Below, one piece after another: positions 27,909 through 37,247 of a stretch of 64,000 nt of DNA; the first letter of the stretch is position 1; each line of letters starts with the position of its first letter. The DNA comes from Candidatus Thalassarchaeum sp. (GTDB lineage Archaea; Thermoplasmatota; Poseidoniia; Poseidoniales; Thalassarchaeaceae), in assembly GCA_022451235.1 (NCBI GenBank), contig JAKUOA010000002.1:2155-66154 (forward strand), in the 5' to 3' direction. The position numbers were made by a program, and so were the translations under genes. The notes under the pieces were generated by a model, which did not search any database, was not told where the DNA came from, and saw only the letters and a program-made list of their open reading frames with translations.

Positions 27909-29636
27909 ATGCGTGATTTAGTTGATGCAATTCGTCCACTTCTCAACTCTGTGATGTCTGACATTGGAGTACAAGAATCGGATTGGGACAATCTTCTTGC
28001 AAGCTCTACAGATTCAGCATTCGCCGATGTCGCAATGCCCTGCCACTCACTTTCTAAAGTGCTAAGAAAGGCACCAAACACAATTTCTGATGAAATTTTA
28101 GAATCATTAGGTTCTACAACGGAAGGATTATGCCAGGTCAGTTCAATCAACGGTTTCCTCAATTTTTCAGCAGACTCAGATTGGTTATCTGACTTATTAC
28201 AAGAAGCCCTAATCGATGATAGACTGAGAGTATTAACTGAGGAATCTAGAGTTATTGTCATTGATTATTCTTCACCAAATGTTGCCAAGCATATGCATGT
28301 GGGTCACCTTCGCTCAACAGTTATTGGAGATGCGCTAAATCGAATGCTAACCCACAAGGGTCACAGGGTTGTACCAGAGAATCACATAGGAGATTGGGGT
28401 ACTCCTTTCGGAATGCTAATCGAACACCTAATCGATATGGGGATTGATTCAGATTCACAGAATATCGATTTGAGCACATTTTATTCTGATGCGAGGGCAA
28501 AATTCGACTCTGATTCTGAATTCTCCTCTCGCTCAAGGGCTAGAGTAGTGAGAATGCAGTCTAGCGAACCAGAAACCATCGAATTATGGCAGATGCTCGT
28601 AGATAGATCACTAATTCACTTCAACGAAGTATACCAAAGAATGGGTGTATTGCTTACCAACGATGATCTTGCAGGTGAATCGAAGTACGAATCTGTATTA
28701 CCAAGAATTGTAGATAAACTCGCAGAGCGTGGTTTACTCGAGGAAAGCGACGGAGCAAAAGTGGTTTATCTTGATGGTTGGAAAAATCGCGAGGGTGAGC
28801 CATTACCGTTAATCATCCAAAAGGCGGATGGAGGCTATAATTATGCCACCAGCGATTTAGCCTGTATTCTGGATAGAATCGAAAATGTGGGTAGCCGCGA
28901 TCTGTTATACATCGTCGGTGCGGAACAGGCACAACATTTTGCGATGGTCTTTGAGGTTGCTAGAAGTGCTGGATTCATGGATGAAGGAGTGAATGCGATT
29001 CATGTTCCCTTTGGTTTGGTAATGGGTACCGACGGCAAGAAGTTAGCAAGTAGAACTGGCGGGGCAGTCCATCTGAATGACTTATTGATTGAGGCTGTAG
29101 AGAGAGCCGATGCAATCGTTGCAGAGAAAAACCCCCTCCTCTCAAATAAAGAAAGAGCAGAGGTGGCAAAAATGCTAGGGATTGGAGCAATAAAATATGC
29201 CGACCTTTCGACGGACCGTAGTAATAATTACACATTTCAATGGGAAAAAATGCTTTCATTTGACGGAAACACAGCACCATACCTCCAATATGCACATGCA
29301 AGAATTTGTAGTATATTCTCCAAAGATGGAATCGATAGGGATTCGACTCTAGATGCTGAAATTATCTTGGTTCATGAACGAGAGATTGCGCTTGCTCGTG
29401 CATTGATAGGATACCCCGAGGCTCTAGATTCTGCTTGTTCAAGCCACTCCCCTCACAAATTAGCCACACAACTACACGTCATCGCTCAGGCTTTCGGGTC
29501 ATTCTATGAGGTGTGCCCGGTTCTTAACGCTGAAGATAAAACAAAAATTAGCAGGTTAGCTCTCTGTGACTTGACTGCAAGAACATTACAAACAGGTCTC
29601 GAATTACTTGGAATAGACTCTCCACAGAGAATGTAG
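27909..29636 (+). CDS. argS: arginine--tRNA ligase
   Basis: 575 aa. SPNVAKHMHVGHLRS (HIGH region), a KLASRTGG segment at the KMSKS-equivalent position, and a DALR anticodon-binding C-terminus ending in M. Confidence 0.95.
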   Translation: MRDLVDAIRPLLNSVMSDIGVQESDWDNLLASSTDSAFADVAMPCHSLSKVLRKAPNTISDEILESLGSTTEGLCQVSSINGFLNFSADSDWLSDLLQEALIDDRLRVLTEESRVIVIDYSSPNVAKHMHVGHLRSTVIGDALNRMLTHKGHRVVPENHIGDWGTPFGMLIEHLIDMGIDSDSQNIDLSTFYSDARAKFDSDSEFSSRSRARVVRMQSSEPETIELWQMLVDRSLIHFNEVYQRMGVLLTNDDLAGESKYESVLPRIVDKLAERGLLEESDGAKVVYLDGWKNREGEPLPLIIQKADGGYNYATSDLACILDRIENVGSRDLLYIVGAEQAQHFAMVFEVARSAGFMDEGVNAIHVPFGLVMGTDGKKLASRTGGAVHLNDLLIEAVERADAIVAEKNPLLSNKERAEVAKMLGIGAIKYADLSTDRSNNYTFQWEKMLSFDGNTAPYLQYAHARICSIFSKDGIDRDSTLDAEIILVHEREIALARALIGYPEALDSACSSHSPHKLATQLHVIAQAFGSFYEVCPVLNAEDKTKISRLALCDLTARTLQTGLELLGIDSPQRM

Positions 29637-29676
29637 AGTCCCGCGACCTTGAAAATCAATATTCCCTCCCGAGTAC

Positions 29677-30135
29677 ATGGTCTCAGTAGGCGATATGGCA
29701 CCGGACTTCGAATTGATGGCTTTTGACAAAAACATGGTCAGACTTTCTGACTCTATTGGTAATCGGGTAGTTTTACTGTTTTATCCCGCGGCTTTTACTG
29801 GCGTTTGCACAAAAGAAATTTGTACATTTTCAGGTTCTATGAATAGGATGGAAGCCGCAGAGGCGGAAGTTTTCGGAATTTCTGTAGATGGTATATTTGC
29901 CAATGCGGCTTTTGCTGATGCGAATGATATCAACTTCCCATTACTATCTGACACAAATCGTCAGGCAGCACGGGCCTATGGGGTAGAGATTCCATTTGTA
30001 ATGCCAGACTATACAGCATCCCAAAGGTCGGTTTTTGTAATTGATGAAGTTGGAAAGATTTCCTATGCCTGGATCGCCGAAAATCCTGGAATAGAGCCTG
30101 ATTATGAAGCGATTCTAGAGCATTTAGAATCCTAA
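29677..30135 (+). CDS. peroxiredoxin (AhpC/TSA, Bcp-like)
   Basis: 152 aa. Peroxidatic Cys motif FYPAAFTGVCTKE. Confidence 0.85.
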   Translation: MVSVGDMAPDFELMAFDKNMVRLSDSIGNRVVLLFYPAAFTGVCTKEICTFSGSMNRMEAAEAEVFGISVDGIFANAAFADANDINFPLLSDTNRQAARAYGVEIPFVMPDYTASQRSVFVIDEVGKISYAWIAENPGIEPDYEAILEHLES

Positions 30136-30138
30136 ATT

Positions 30139-31929
30139 TCAATCGCCATAGGCTAGGTAGTAAACCAGTGACCCGTAGATTATTCCAGAGACAGCGAGGC
30201 TTTCTTCATTGAACCTGTCCATATTATCAAGATATGTGTGGTATTCTTCAGATCCAGAGCCATAGCAAACTACTGCTCTGCCATATTTTTTCCCATCAGA
30301 CTCATCTTCATCGATATTGTATACGAATGGAGCATGGTCAGAATTGTTTGGCATTTCTGTGTTTGCAAGTTTACGAACTTCGATATTGTAACGGTCTGCA
30401 AGTTCAGGATATTGTTGTTGAAACTTCTTCGATATCCCTCGGATATGATTTACATCCGAGTTATCATTTCCAACCAATGTAACGCCTGAATTTCTTTCAG
30501 CATCGACATGATTCATATCTAAATTGATGTATAATCGAAGATTTTCATAAAGGTTATTTCGATGTTTATCTACCCATGCTGTAGATCCAAACAATCCTTC
30601 TTCTTCTCCCCCCCAAGTACAGAAGTAAATGGTATGTTTTGGTTTTCCCATTTGGCTTTCAATCAATCCGAATTGCCGAGCCATCTCAAGAACAGTAGCG
30701 GTCCCGGAACTATCGTCGACAGCACCTTGGGCCATGTATACTGTATCATGGTGTGCACCTATGATAATCAAGGAATCAGATTCACCTTGAATAATTCCGC
30801 AAGGAACCTTGACCGTAGCTTCACCTGCATTCTCAACATAGGTCATAAATTGTAATCTCCCATCTTGATTTATCACGTTATCAATTAACGTCTGGCCGAC
30901 ACTTTGGCTTACCATAATGAAACCCATATCTATGGGTATATTGTCAATTGCTGAGATATCTACAGTTTTGAAGTAAGGAACACAATCCCCTGAAACCAAG
31001 TCATCACAATTCTGTCTTTCATTAATTAGAATTAAACCTTCGACATCGTTTTCTGAAGCTCTCTTGAACAGAGCGGTATTCGATTCAGTCTCCTCAGTCA
31101 TGTGAATCAATACCACTGCTCCTGCTCCGCTAGTCCAGTCTGCTGTTTCGTTTCCAGTGCCTAAATCAACCACATCGATATCATCGACATAGCGAATGAA
31201 TGAAGATCCGGAATATCCTTGCAGAACAAAATCACTTCTGTGTTCAAAATTAATGAAATCAGCATTGATGTCAGTTGCCCCACAGGCGAAAGCCGGAAAC
31301 GTTTCTCCTACATCTCCCGCTTGACAAATGCCTAATTCAGGCTCTTCATCAATAACAAACATGGGGACGTCAAAATCCTCTATCGTTGATGGAATACCCA
31401 TGGAACTGAAGTTTGCTTTGATGAATTCTGCAGTATTGTGTTCCTCGATAGTTCCTGACATTCTACCCTCCCATTCTGGATGTCCTAGATCGACTAAACT
31501 CTGAGCATAGCCTCTAGCACTTGTGGAATCAAACTCGATTAATTGGTAATCTGGTTCGCCTTGAATCCATTCAATTAGATCATCACCATAGAGTACGGCC
31601 CCCCCCATAGTGCCAATTAGCATGATTCCAATCACAGCTAAAACCGACACAGGGAGTTGTTTTATTCGCTCTACAATCCCTTCTCCACCGGATGGTTCGA
31701 AATCATCGAACATTTCCGCATCAAGAACATCATTTTGGGCGGAATAATTCCCAAGCCTAGCTACTAAATCCGCCTTTTTTCCACCTATCTTAAGACCACG
31801 AATGTTGCACTCTTCTTTCAGTTGTGCAACGGTGAGTGACTCCCAGTTCGTCATAGGATTCGTAAAATTCGGGCTGACGCCCCCCTCTTGAACCCAACTT
31901 GTAGCAGAGCGTAATTGTTGTCGATTCAC
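30139..31929 (-). CDS. membrane-anchored M28-family metallopeptidase with N-terminal SAP-like motif
   Basis: 596 aa. LTVAQLKEECNIRGLKIGGKKADLVARL (SAP/Rho_N-like), a TM helix (LPVSVLAVIGIMLIGTMGGAVLY), and M28 metal ligands (GAHHDTV, DDSSGTATVLE, WGGEEEGLFGS, EYHTYLD) with an inserted PA-like segment. Confidence 0.8.
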   Translation of the reverse strand: MNRQQLRSATSWVQEGGVSPNFTNPMTNWESLTVAQLKEECNIRGLKIGGKKADLVARLGNYSAQNDVLDAEMFDDFEPSGGEGIVERIKQLPVSVLAVIGIMLIGTMGGAVLYGDDLIEWIQGEPDYQLIEFDSTSARGYAQSLVDLGHPEWEGRMSGTIEEHNTAEFIKANFSSMGIPSTIEDFDVPMFVIDEEPELGICQAGDVGETFPAFACGATDINADFINFEHRSDFVLQGYSGSSFIRYVDDIDVVDLGTGNETADWTSGAGAVVLIHMTEETESNTALFKRASENDVEGLILINERQNCDDLVSGDCVPYFKTVDISAIDNIPIDMGFIMVSQSVGQTLIDNVINQDGRLQFMTYVENAGEATVKVPCGIIQGESDSLIIIGAHHDTVYMAQGAVDDSSGTATVLEMARQFGLIESQMGKPKHTIYFCTWGGEEEGLFGSTAWVDKHRNNLYENLRLYINLDMNHVDAERNSGVTLVGNDNSDVNHIRGISKKFQQQYPELADRYNIEVRKLANTEMPNNSDHAPFVYNIDEDESDGKKYGRAVVCYGSGSEEYHTYLDNMDRFNEESLAVSGIIYGSLVYYLAYGD

Positions 31930-32543
31930 TGAGAGTCGATTTCATCTCCAGTCCAGCGTTTTCCAAGTTCATGATCAATATTTAATTGGTCGAGAATTCT
32001 TGCTACAATGAAGTCAACCATATCCTCAAGAGATTGAGGTTTATTGTAAAATCCAGGACTGGCTGGAAGAATTACTACCCCCCACTCGGAAAGATTTGCC
32101 ATGGCTCTGAGATGAGGGGTTGCGTAGGGTGATTCCCTAGGCACTAAGATGAGTTTCCGCCTCTCTTTCATCGCAACCAATGCACTTCTAGTCGCTAGAT
32201 TATCTGAAATCCCATTTGCTATTTTTCCAATCGTCGTTCCACTTGCGGGGCAAACGATGTATGCGTCAAAACGGGCAGACCCAGATGCCGATCTGGCCGC
32301 AAGATTGTTATTACTTTCCAAAATTACAGAATCATTGGCTAGGTCTTCTGGAGATTTATTACATTCTAATTCTAGATTTAATGCCCCTTCGCGAGTGACA
32401 ATCAGGTGAGTTTTCCAACCTGCTTCAGTAAGAGCTTCCAATAGTCGAACACCATATCGTGCTCCCGATGCCCCGGTAATCGCAACAACTGCTTCACCCA
32501 TCATTTCACCCTCATTTGTCGCCTCAGGCATTTGGTCGGTCAA
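31926..32543 (-). CDS. ubiX: flavin prenyltransferase UbiX/Pad1
   Basis: 205 aa. ITGASGARYGVRLLEAL and the family-typical length. 4-nt overlap with the peptidase gene. Confidence 0.85.
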   Translation of the reverse strand: MTDQMPEATNEGEMMGEAVVAITGASGARYGVRLLEALTEAGWKTHLIVTREGALNLELECNKSPEDLANDSVILESNNNLAARSASGSARFDAYIVCPASGTTIGKIANGISDNLATRSALVAMKERRKLILVPRESPYATPHLRAMANLSEWGVVILPASPGFYNKPQSLEDMVDFIVARILDQLNIDHELGKRWTGDEIDSQ

Positions 32544-32584
32544 TCATCAACTACTTCTATTCATGTATTCATGAAAATAGAAAT

Positions 32585-33790
32585 TTAGAGATTATCTTGT
32601 AATATTTCTGCTAGGTATTCATACTCTTCAATAGCATTGTAAAGATAAGCAGAAATTCGAAAATATCTCATTTTATGATGTGGCCAAGGGAACACTGGAA
32701 CTTGGATGCTGAATTCATCAAGCAGTTTGTTGTGAAGAGGATCGCCCATAATGTCTGCACCCCCTGAATATGTTCCTGGTAGGTCAATTGTCGCCATTGC
32801 AGATATCATCGAATCTGGAGTCGGAGGGTCTGTGCCTAAACTCTCACAAAGAAGATTTCTTGCTTTCAAAGCGAGAGAATTATTATGCTCCATGATTTCC
32901 TCGAATCCACCTGAAACCATTGATTTGAGAATCTCAATGGATTTAGGAATACACAGAATTGCGGTAGGGTCTCTAGTTCCTTGCCAGTCAAATTCGAATC
33001 TGAATTTTTCTTGATGTGATAAATCTGCACTATGCCCATGACTAATGGTAAGTGGTTTAGTTTCCTTTTTCTTATCTTCTCTAATGTGTAAAAATGCTGA
33101 GCCCTTAGGGCTACAGAGCCATTTGTGACAGTTTCCGGTCACCCAAGCCACATCTAATTTAGCCAAATCCATCGGCACTATCCCCGGGCCGTGTGCTGCA
33201 TCAAGCAAAACATCGACTCCTCTCAATTGAAATTCATTGACAAGTTTCTCAAATGGCATTCTAAGTCCCGTGGGACTTGTTACTGTATCAATCATAGCCA
33301 GAACAGTTCTAGGGGTAATTGCACCTAACAAAGGTTCAATGATTTCTTCTTCTGAATTACATCTAAATGGCAGGTCGACTACAACAACCTTAGCTCCCCA
33401 TCTTGATGCAACAAAATCGATAGCATTCCAACATGCTTGATACGAATGATTTGGAATGATTATTTCGTCTCCTCGATTGAGAGTCAAACTTCGAAGTACA
33501 GTATTTACGCCACTAGTGGCATTTTGACAAAAGGTCATACCGTCTGGATCTGCATTGAGAAAATCTGAGAGTTTCTCGCTTGCTTCGTTCATAAGGCCGA
33601 AAGCCTCTCGTTCAAAGAACCTCACAGGATCTGATTCCAGATGTGCCCGAATTCGAGTTTGTTCCTCCATGACCTGATTCGGAGTGGCCCCAAATGAACC
33701 ATGGTTGAGGAAAATCACATCAGGGTCAAAAGACCAATATTTTTCCAGTGGGCTTCTATTTGGTTTCAGACAACCAACTCCACAGACCAA
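32585..33790 (-). CDS. class-V aminotransferase-fold PLP enzyme (isopenicillin-N-epimerase / cysteine-desulfurase-like)
   Basis: 401 aa. FLNHGSFGATP N-terminus and PLP-lysine context GNCHKWLCSPKG. Its 5' end overlaps the lipB 3' end by 25 nt. Confidence 0.8.
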   Translation of the reverse strand: MVCGVGCLKPNRSPLEKYWSFDPDVIFLNHGSFGATPNQVMEEQTRIRAHLESDPVRFFEREAFGLMNEASEKLSDFLNADPDGMTFCQNATSGVNTVLRSLTLNRGDEIIIPNHSYQACWNAIDFVASRWGAKVVVVDLPFRCNSEEEIIEPLLGAITPRTVLAMIDTVTSPTGLRMPFEKLVNEFQLRGVDVLLDAAHGPGIVPMDLAKLDVAWVTGNCHKWLCSPKGSAFLHIREDKKKETKPLTISHGHSADLSHQEKFRFEFDWQGTRDPTAILCIPKSIEILKSMVSGGFEEIMEHNNSLALKARNLLCESLGTDPPTPDSMISAMATIDLPGTYSGGADIMGDPLHNKLLDEFSIQVPVFPWPHHKMRYFRISAYLYNAIEEYEYLAEILQDNL

Positions 33791-34452
33791 TCAACAGGTT
33801 GCATTGGTACCCGATTCAGATATTGTTGGGCAAGAACTAGCAATGCTTCTTCCAATCGCGCACGGTCTAGAATTCTTCCCTCAAGGTCATGCGTGTGGCC
33901 TAGGGCTTGCAGGGAAGTGGTCATTCCGGCAGGAAGTCCACAACAAGAAAGGGCCTCCACTCGGTTAGGCACTGTATTGTAATTTAGAGCTAGACCATGC
34001 CGACTTACCCAGTGCTTGAATGCTAGTCCTATGGAGCAAACTTTGTTTCCTTCCAACCAAACTCCCATCATTCTTTCATCTCGATATCCTTCAATTCCAC
34101 AATCTGCAAGAGCGGCCATAACCCAATCCTCAAGGCGATTTATTATACTACGAATGGATTGTTCCCCTACCTGCCACTTAATTATTGGATATATGACCAA
34201 TTGCCCAGGTCCATGATAGGTCATCCCCCCTCCCCTATCTACGACTCTAGTAGGGTAGTCAGAGAGTGCTGGGTCTTCCAAAGCCCCATCCCTCTCCGCT
34301 TTGGGGCCAAGTGTAACTACCTCAGGATGCTGGACTAGAATCAAAGTGTCAGGTATCTCATCTAAAATTCGCAGTTCTTGCAGCCTAGACATAGCGCTGT
34401 CAACTGATTCATGCGATTCAATATCGGCTCTGAGGATTTGCAATTGTCGCAA
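33766..34452 (-). CDS. lipB: octanoyltransferase (lipoyl(octanoyl) transferase)
   Basis: 228 aa. HPEVVTLGPKA, RGGGMTYHGPGQLVIYPI, KVCSIGLAFKHWVSRHGLALN. Confidence 0.85.
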   Translation of the reverse strand: MRQLQILRADIESHESVDSAMSRLQELRILDEIPDTLILVQHPEVVTLGPKAERDGALEDPALSDYPTRVVDRGGGMTYHGPGQLVIYPIIKWQVGEQSIRSIINRLEDWVMAALADCGIEGYRDERMMGVWLEGNKVCSIGLAFKHWVSRHGLALNYNTVPNRVEALSCCGLPAGMTTSLQALGHTHDLEGRILDRARLEEALLVLAQQYLNRVPMQPVDWSVELVV

Positions 34453-34475
34453 AACCGTACCTCCATTTGTTGTAA

Positions 34476-35912
34476 TTATGCTGAGTGTATAGCGTGCCCT
34501 AGGGTCTTCAATACTCCTTCATGGAAGGCCTCAGTCATCGTTGGGTGCGCATGAACTGTATCAGCAATGTCTTCCAATAAAGCACCCATTTCTAGCGCCA
34601 AAACGAATTCCCCATGTAACTCAGCTACGTGGCTACCAACGGCCTGAATTCCAAGAATAACATGATCCGATTCTCGAGCGGTAACTCGTATGAATCCGGC
34701 AGTCTTCTCGGCTTCCAATGTTAGTGCTCGACCATTTGCGGCTAGGGGGAATTTCCCAGTGATGACTTCTTCTCCTCTGTCCTTGGCTTCATCTGGAGAT
34801 AGACCGACTGAGACGATTTCCGGCTCGGTAAAGACGATTGCTGGAATCGCTACCTTATCGAAAGATCTATTGTGACCCGCTATAATTTCAGCTACCATTT
34901 CACCTTGAGCAGAAGCCTTGTGGGCCAACATCGGCTCACCGGCTACATCACCTATGGCGTAAACTCCAGGCACGTTGGTTCTAGATTGTCGATCGATACG
35001 AATGAAGCGCCCTCCTGTGTCCATTCTAACGCCCATATTCTCCAACCCCCATCCTTTGGTATTCGGGCTACGACCAACAGTGACTAACACCTTATCGACC
35101 TTGATTGTCTGTTCTTCTCCATCCTTTTCAAATGTCAAGTGAGCCTTGCGGCTAGCTCCTTTACCTTTGATTTCAGTTCCGCGTGCGAGAGCATTAGTGT
35201 GTACTGCGACCTTATGTTTCTTCAACCAAATTTCTAGAGGTCGTCGAATCTCTTTATCCATAATCCCAAGAATTGAATCCATACCTTCTACTACAGTAAC
35301 ATCAGTTCCCAATTTCGCTAGTGCACAACCCAATTCTAGCCCGATGTAACCTCCGCCTACGATAGCGGCGGATTTTGGTAATTTTTGTAAGTCTAAAGCG
35401 CCTGTCGAAGACAGCACAAACTCCTCGTCGCAGGGCATAAATGGTAAGTCGATATGACTTGAGCCGGTTGCGATAATGATATTTTCAGCCTCAATATGAA
35501 GATGGCCTTCTGTTGTTTCGACAGTACATTTCTTTGGCCCTGTAAATGTCGCCCATCCCTTCACTAATTCGGCCCCGGCACCTTTCAACAGTGCCTCTAC
35601 ACCTTTGTTCAATCGTTCTACTATAGCATCTTTCCAATCAACCAACGCAGCCATATCGATTTGAGGTTCTGCGGCCAAAGATAGTCCCATATGACCACCT
35701 TCATTTGCGTGTTGACGCAAAGATTCGAATCTTTCAGCAGCGTGAATAATTGCCTTACTTGGAATACAGCCTCTAATCAAGCAGGTTCCACCTGCCTTAT
35801 CGCCTTCTACGATTACCGTGTCCAATCCGAGCTGTGCACTCCTTATTGCGGCAACATATCCTCCGGGTCCTGCTCCTACTACGAGCACCTTACATTTGCG
35901 AGTATCCGTCAT
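34476..35912 (-). CDS. lpdA: dihydrolipoyl dehydrogenase (E3)
   Basis: 478 aa. FAD motif VVGAGPGGY, redox disulfide GGTCLIRGCIPSK, and C-terminal HAHPT..E. Confidence 0.95.
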   Translation of the reverse strand: MTDTRKCKVLVVGAGPGGYVAAIRSAQLGLDTVIVEGDKAGGTCLIRGCIPSKAIIHAAERFESLRQHANEGGHMGLSLAAEPQIDMAALVDWKDAIVERLNKGVEALLKGAGAELVKGWATFTGPKKCTVETTEGHLHIEAENIIIATGSSHIDLPFMPCDEEFVLSSTGALDLQKLPKSAAIVGGGYIGLELGCALAKLGTDVTVVEGMDSILGIMDKEIRRPLEIWLKKHKVAVHTNALARGTEIKGKGASRKAHLTFEKDGEEQTIKVDKVLVTVGRSPNTKGWGLENMGVRMDTGGRFIRIDRQSRTNVPGVYAIGDVAGEPMLAHKASAQGEMVAEIIAGHNRSFDKVAIPAIVFTEPEIVSVGLSPDEAKDRGEEVITGKFPLAANGRALTLEAEKTAGFIRVTARESDHVILGIQAVGSHVAELHGEFVLALEMGALLEDIADTVHAHPTMTEAFHEGVLKTLGHAIHSA

Positions 35913-35921
35913 TTTTTCACC

Positions 35922-37247
35922 TCACATGAAGATTAGAGCAGGATGTTCAAGCAGTCTTTTAAGTGCCTGCACCAAAGCCGCTCCATTCGCTCCATCTACA
36001 ATTCTATGGTCAAAGGAACTTGAAACATTCATCATTCTACGAACGACGACTTCACCATTACGTACAACTGGCATCTCTCGGGCTTTGTGAACGCCTAGAA
36101 TCGCTACCTCTGGGTGGTTGATTATGGGGGTCGCTCCAAGCCCTCCATCTCGTCCAAGGCTGGTGATAGTGAATGTAGATCCAGTCAGGTCATCAAGGGA
36201 TGCTGTACCTTCTCTAGCAGCGCCGGAAACCCTCTGCATCTCAGCTGCCGCCTGCCATACATCCATTGCTTCAGTGTGCTTTACCACCGGTACGAATAGG
36301 CCTCTATCGGTCTGGGTCGCAATTCCTAGATTGACTGCTCCGTATCTTCGAACTATTCCATTTGCCTCATCGTAATGACCGTTACACTCAGGGTGATTTG
36401 GCATAATTTTCGCTAATGCCAACATAATGAAAGGAAGATAGGTTAACTTCGGTTGTTCAGCTGACTTTGTCGCGTTTAGTAATTGGCGCAATTCTTCCAA
36501 TTCGGTCACATCGATTTCCTCGAAGTAGGAGAAATGAGGGATATGGCGCTTTGAGACGGTCATGGCTTCAGCAATCTTTCTCCTTAATCCTACGACCTTA
36601 ATTTCCTCAACATCGCTTCTTCGAGTTGTGTAGGCGACTGGTGGTGCACCTTGAACCATGCCTCCAGCTGCTATGAATGCGTCAAGGTCTGCGTGGCGTA
36701 TTCGGCCTGCTGGTCCACTACCGCGAACCGCTGCTAAGTCGACTCCTGCCTCGCGTGCGCGCCTGCGAACCGCAGGGCTAGCCAGCGCCTTTCCTCCAGA
36801 ATCACCAGTACTTTCATTTGGTGTCGAAACTGTAGGTAGTGGCGCGGGCGTAGAAATTGCCGGCACCGGCGGAGGTGCAACTGGTTCAGTAGTCGCTGGT
36901 GGAGGAGTTGTCGGAGCTTTTGGCTCTGAATCGACTTCTGGCTCATCCGTTTTTTCCGGTTCAGGCTGTTTTTCCTCGGCAGAATCGGCTGGGCTATCGC
37001 CGCCCTCGTCGAATTCGACCAATGCAGCACCAACCGCAACCATGTCACCAACGCCACCATGTAGAACGGCTATTGTTCCATCATGAGGTGACGGGATTGT
37101 CACAGTCGCCTTATCTGTCATCACATCCACGAGAGCATCATCTTCGGAGACAGAATCTCCAACGGCTACGTGCCATTCCACGACTTCTCCTTCTACTACT
37201 CCTTCTCCAATATCTGGTAGTTTGAATACACGATTTGTCATTTTCAT
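35922..37247 (-). CDS. dihydrolipoamide acyltransferase (E2) with one lipoyl domain and a long Pro/Thr/Ala linker
   Basis: Lipoyl-lysine context VMTDKATVTIPSP, PSBD (LASPAVRRRAREAGVDL) and catalytic SFDHRIVDG. The ATG at 37247 (MKMTNRVFKLPDIGEG) forms an ATGA overlap with the E1-beta stop. The upstream 30 codons of the listed ORF are unlikely to be translated. Confidence 0.9.
   Translation of the reverse strand: MKMTNRVFKLPDIGEGVVEGEVVEWHVAVGDSVSEDDALVDVMTDKATVTIPSPHDGTIAVLHGGVGDMVAVGAALVEFDEGGDSPADSAEEKQPEPEKTDEPEVDSEPKAPTTPPPATTEPVAPPPVPAISTPAPLPTVSTPNESTGDSGGKALASPAVRRRAREAGVDLAAVRGSGPAGRIRHADLDAFIAAGGMVQGAPPVAYTTRRSDVEEIKVVGLRRKIAEAMTVSKRHIPHFSYFEEIDVTELEELRQLLNATKSAEQPKLTYLPFIMLALAKIMPNHPECNGHYDEANGIVRRYGAVNLGIATQTDRGLFVPVVKHTEAMDVWQAAAEMQRVSGAAREGTASLDDLTGSTFTITSLGRDGGLGATPIINHPEVAILGVHKAREMPVVRNGEVVVRRMMNVSSSFDHRIVDGANGAALVQALKRLLEHPALIFM

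Noticed and set aside
36658-37225. Three overlapping ORFs (142, 108 and 108 aa) lie on both strands in a GC-rich patch.
   Set aside because: They fall on the Pro/Thr/Ala/Glu linker of the E2 acyltransferase. The compositional bias keeps alternative frames open, and E2 motifs (DKA, PSBD, DHRIVDG) establish the real frame.
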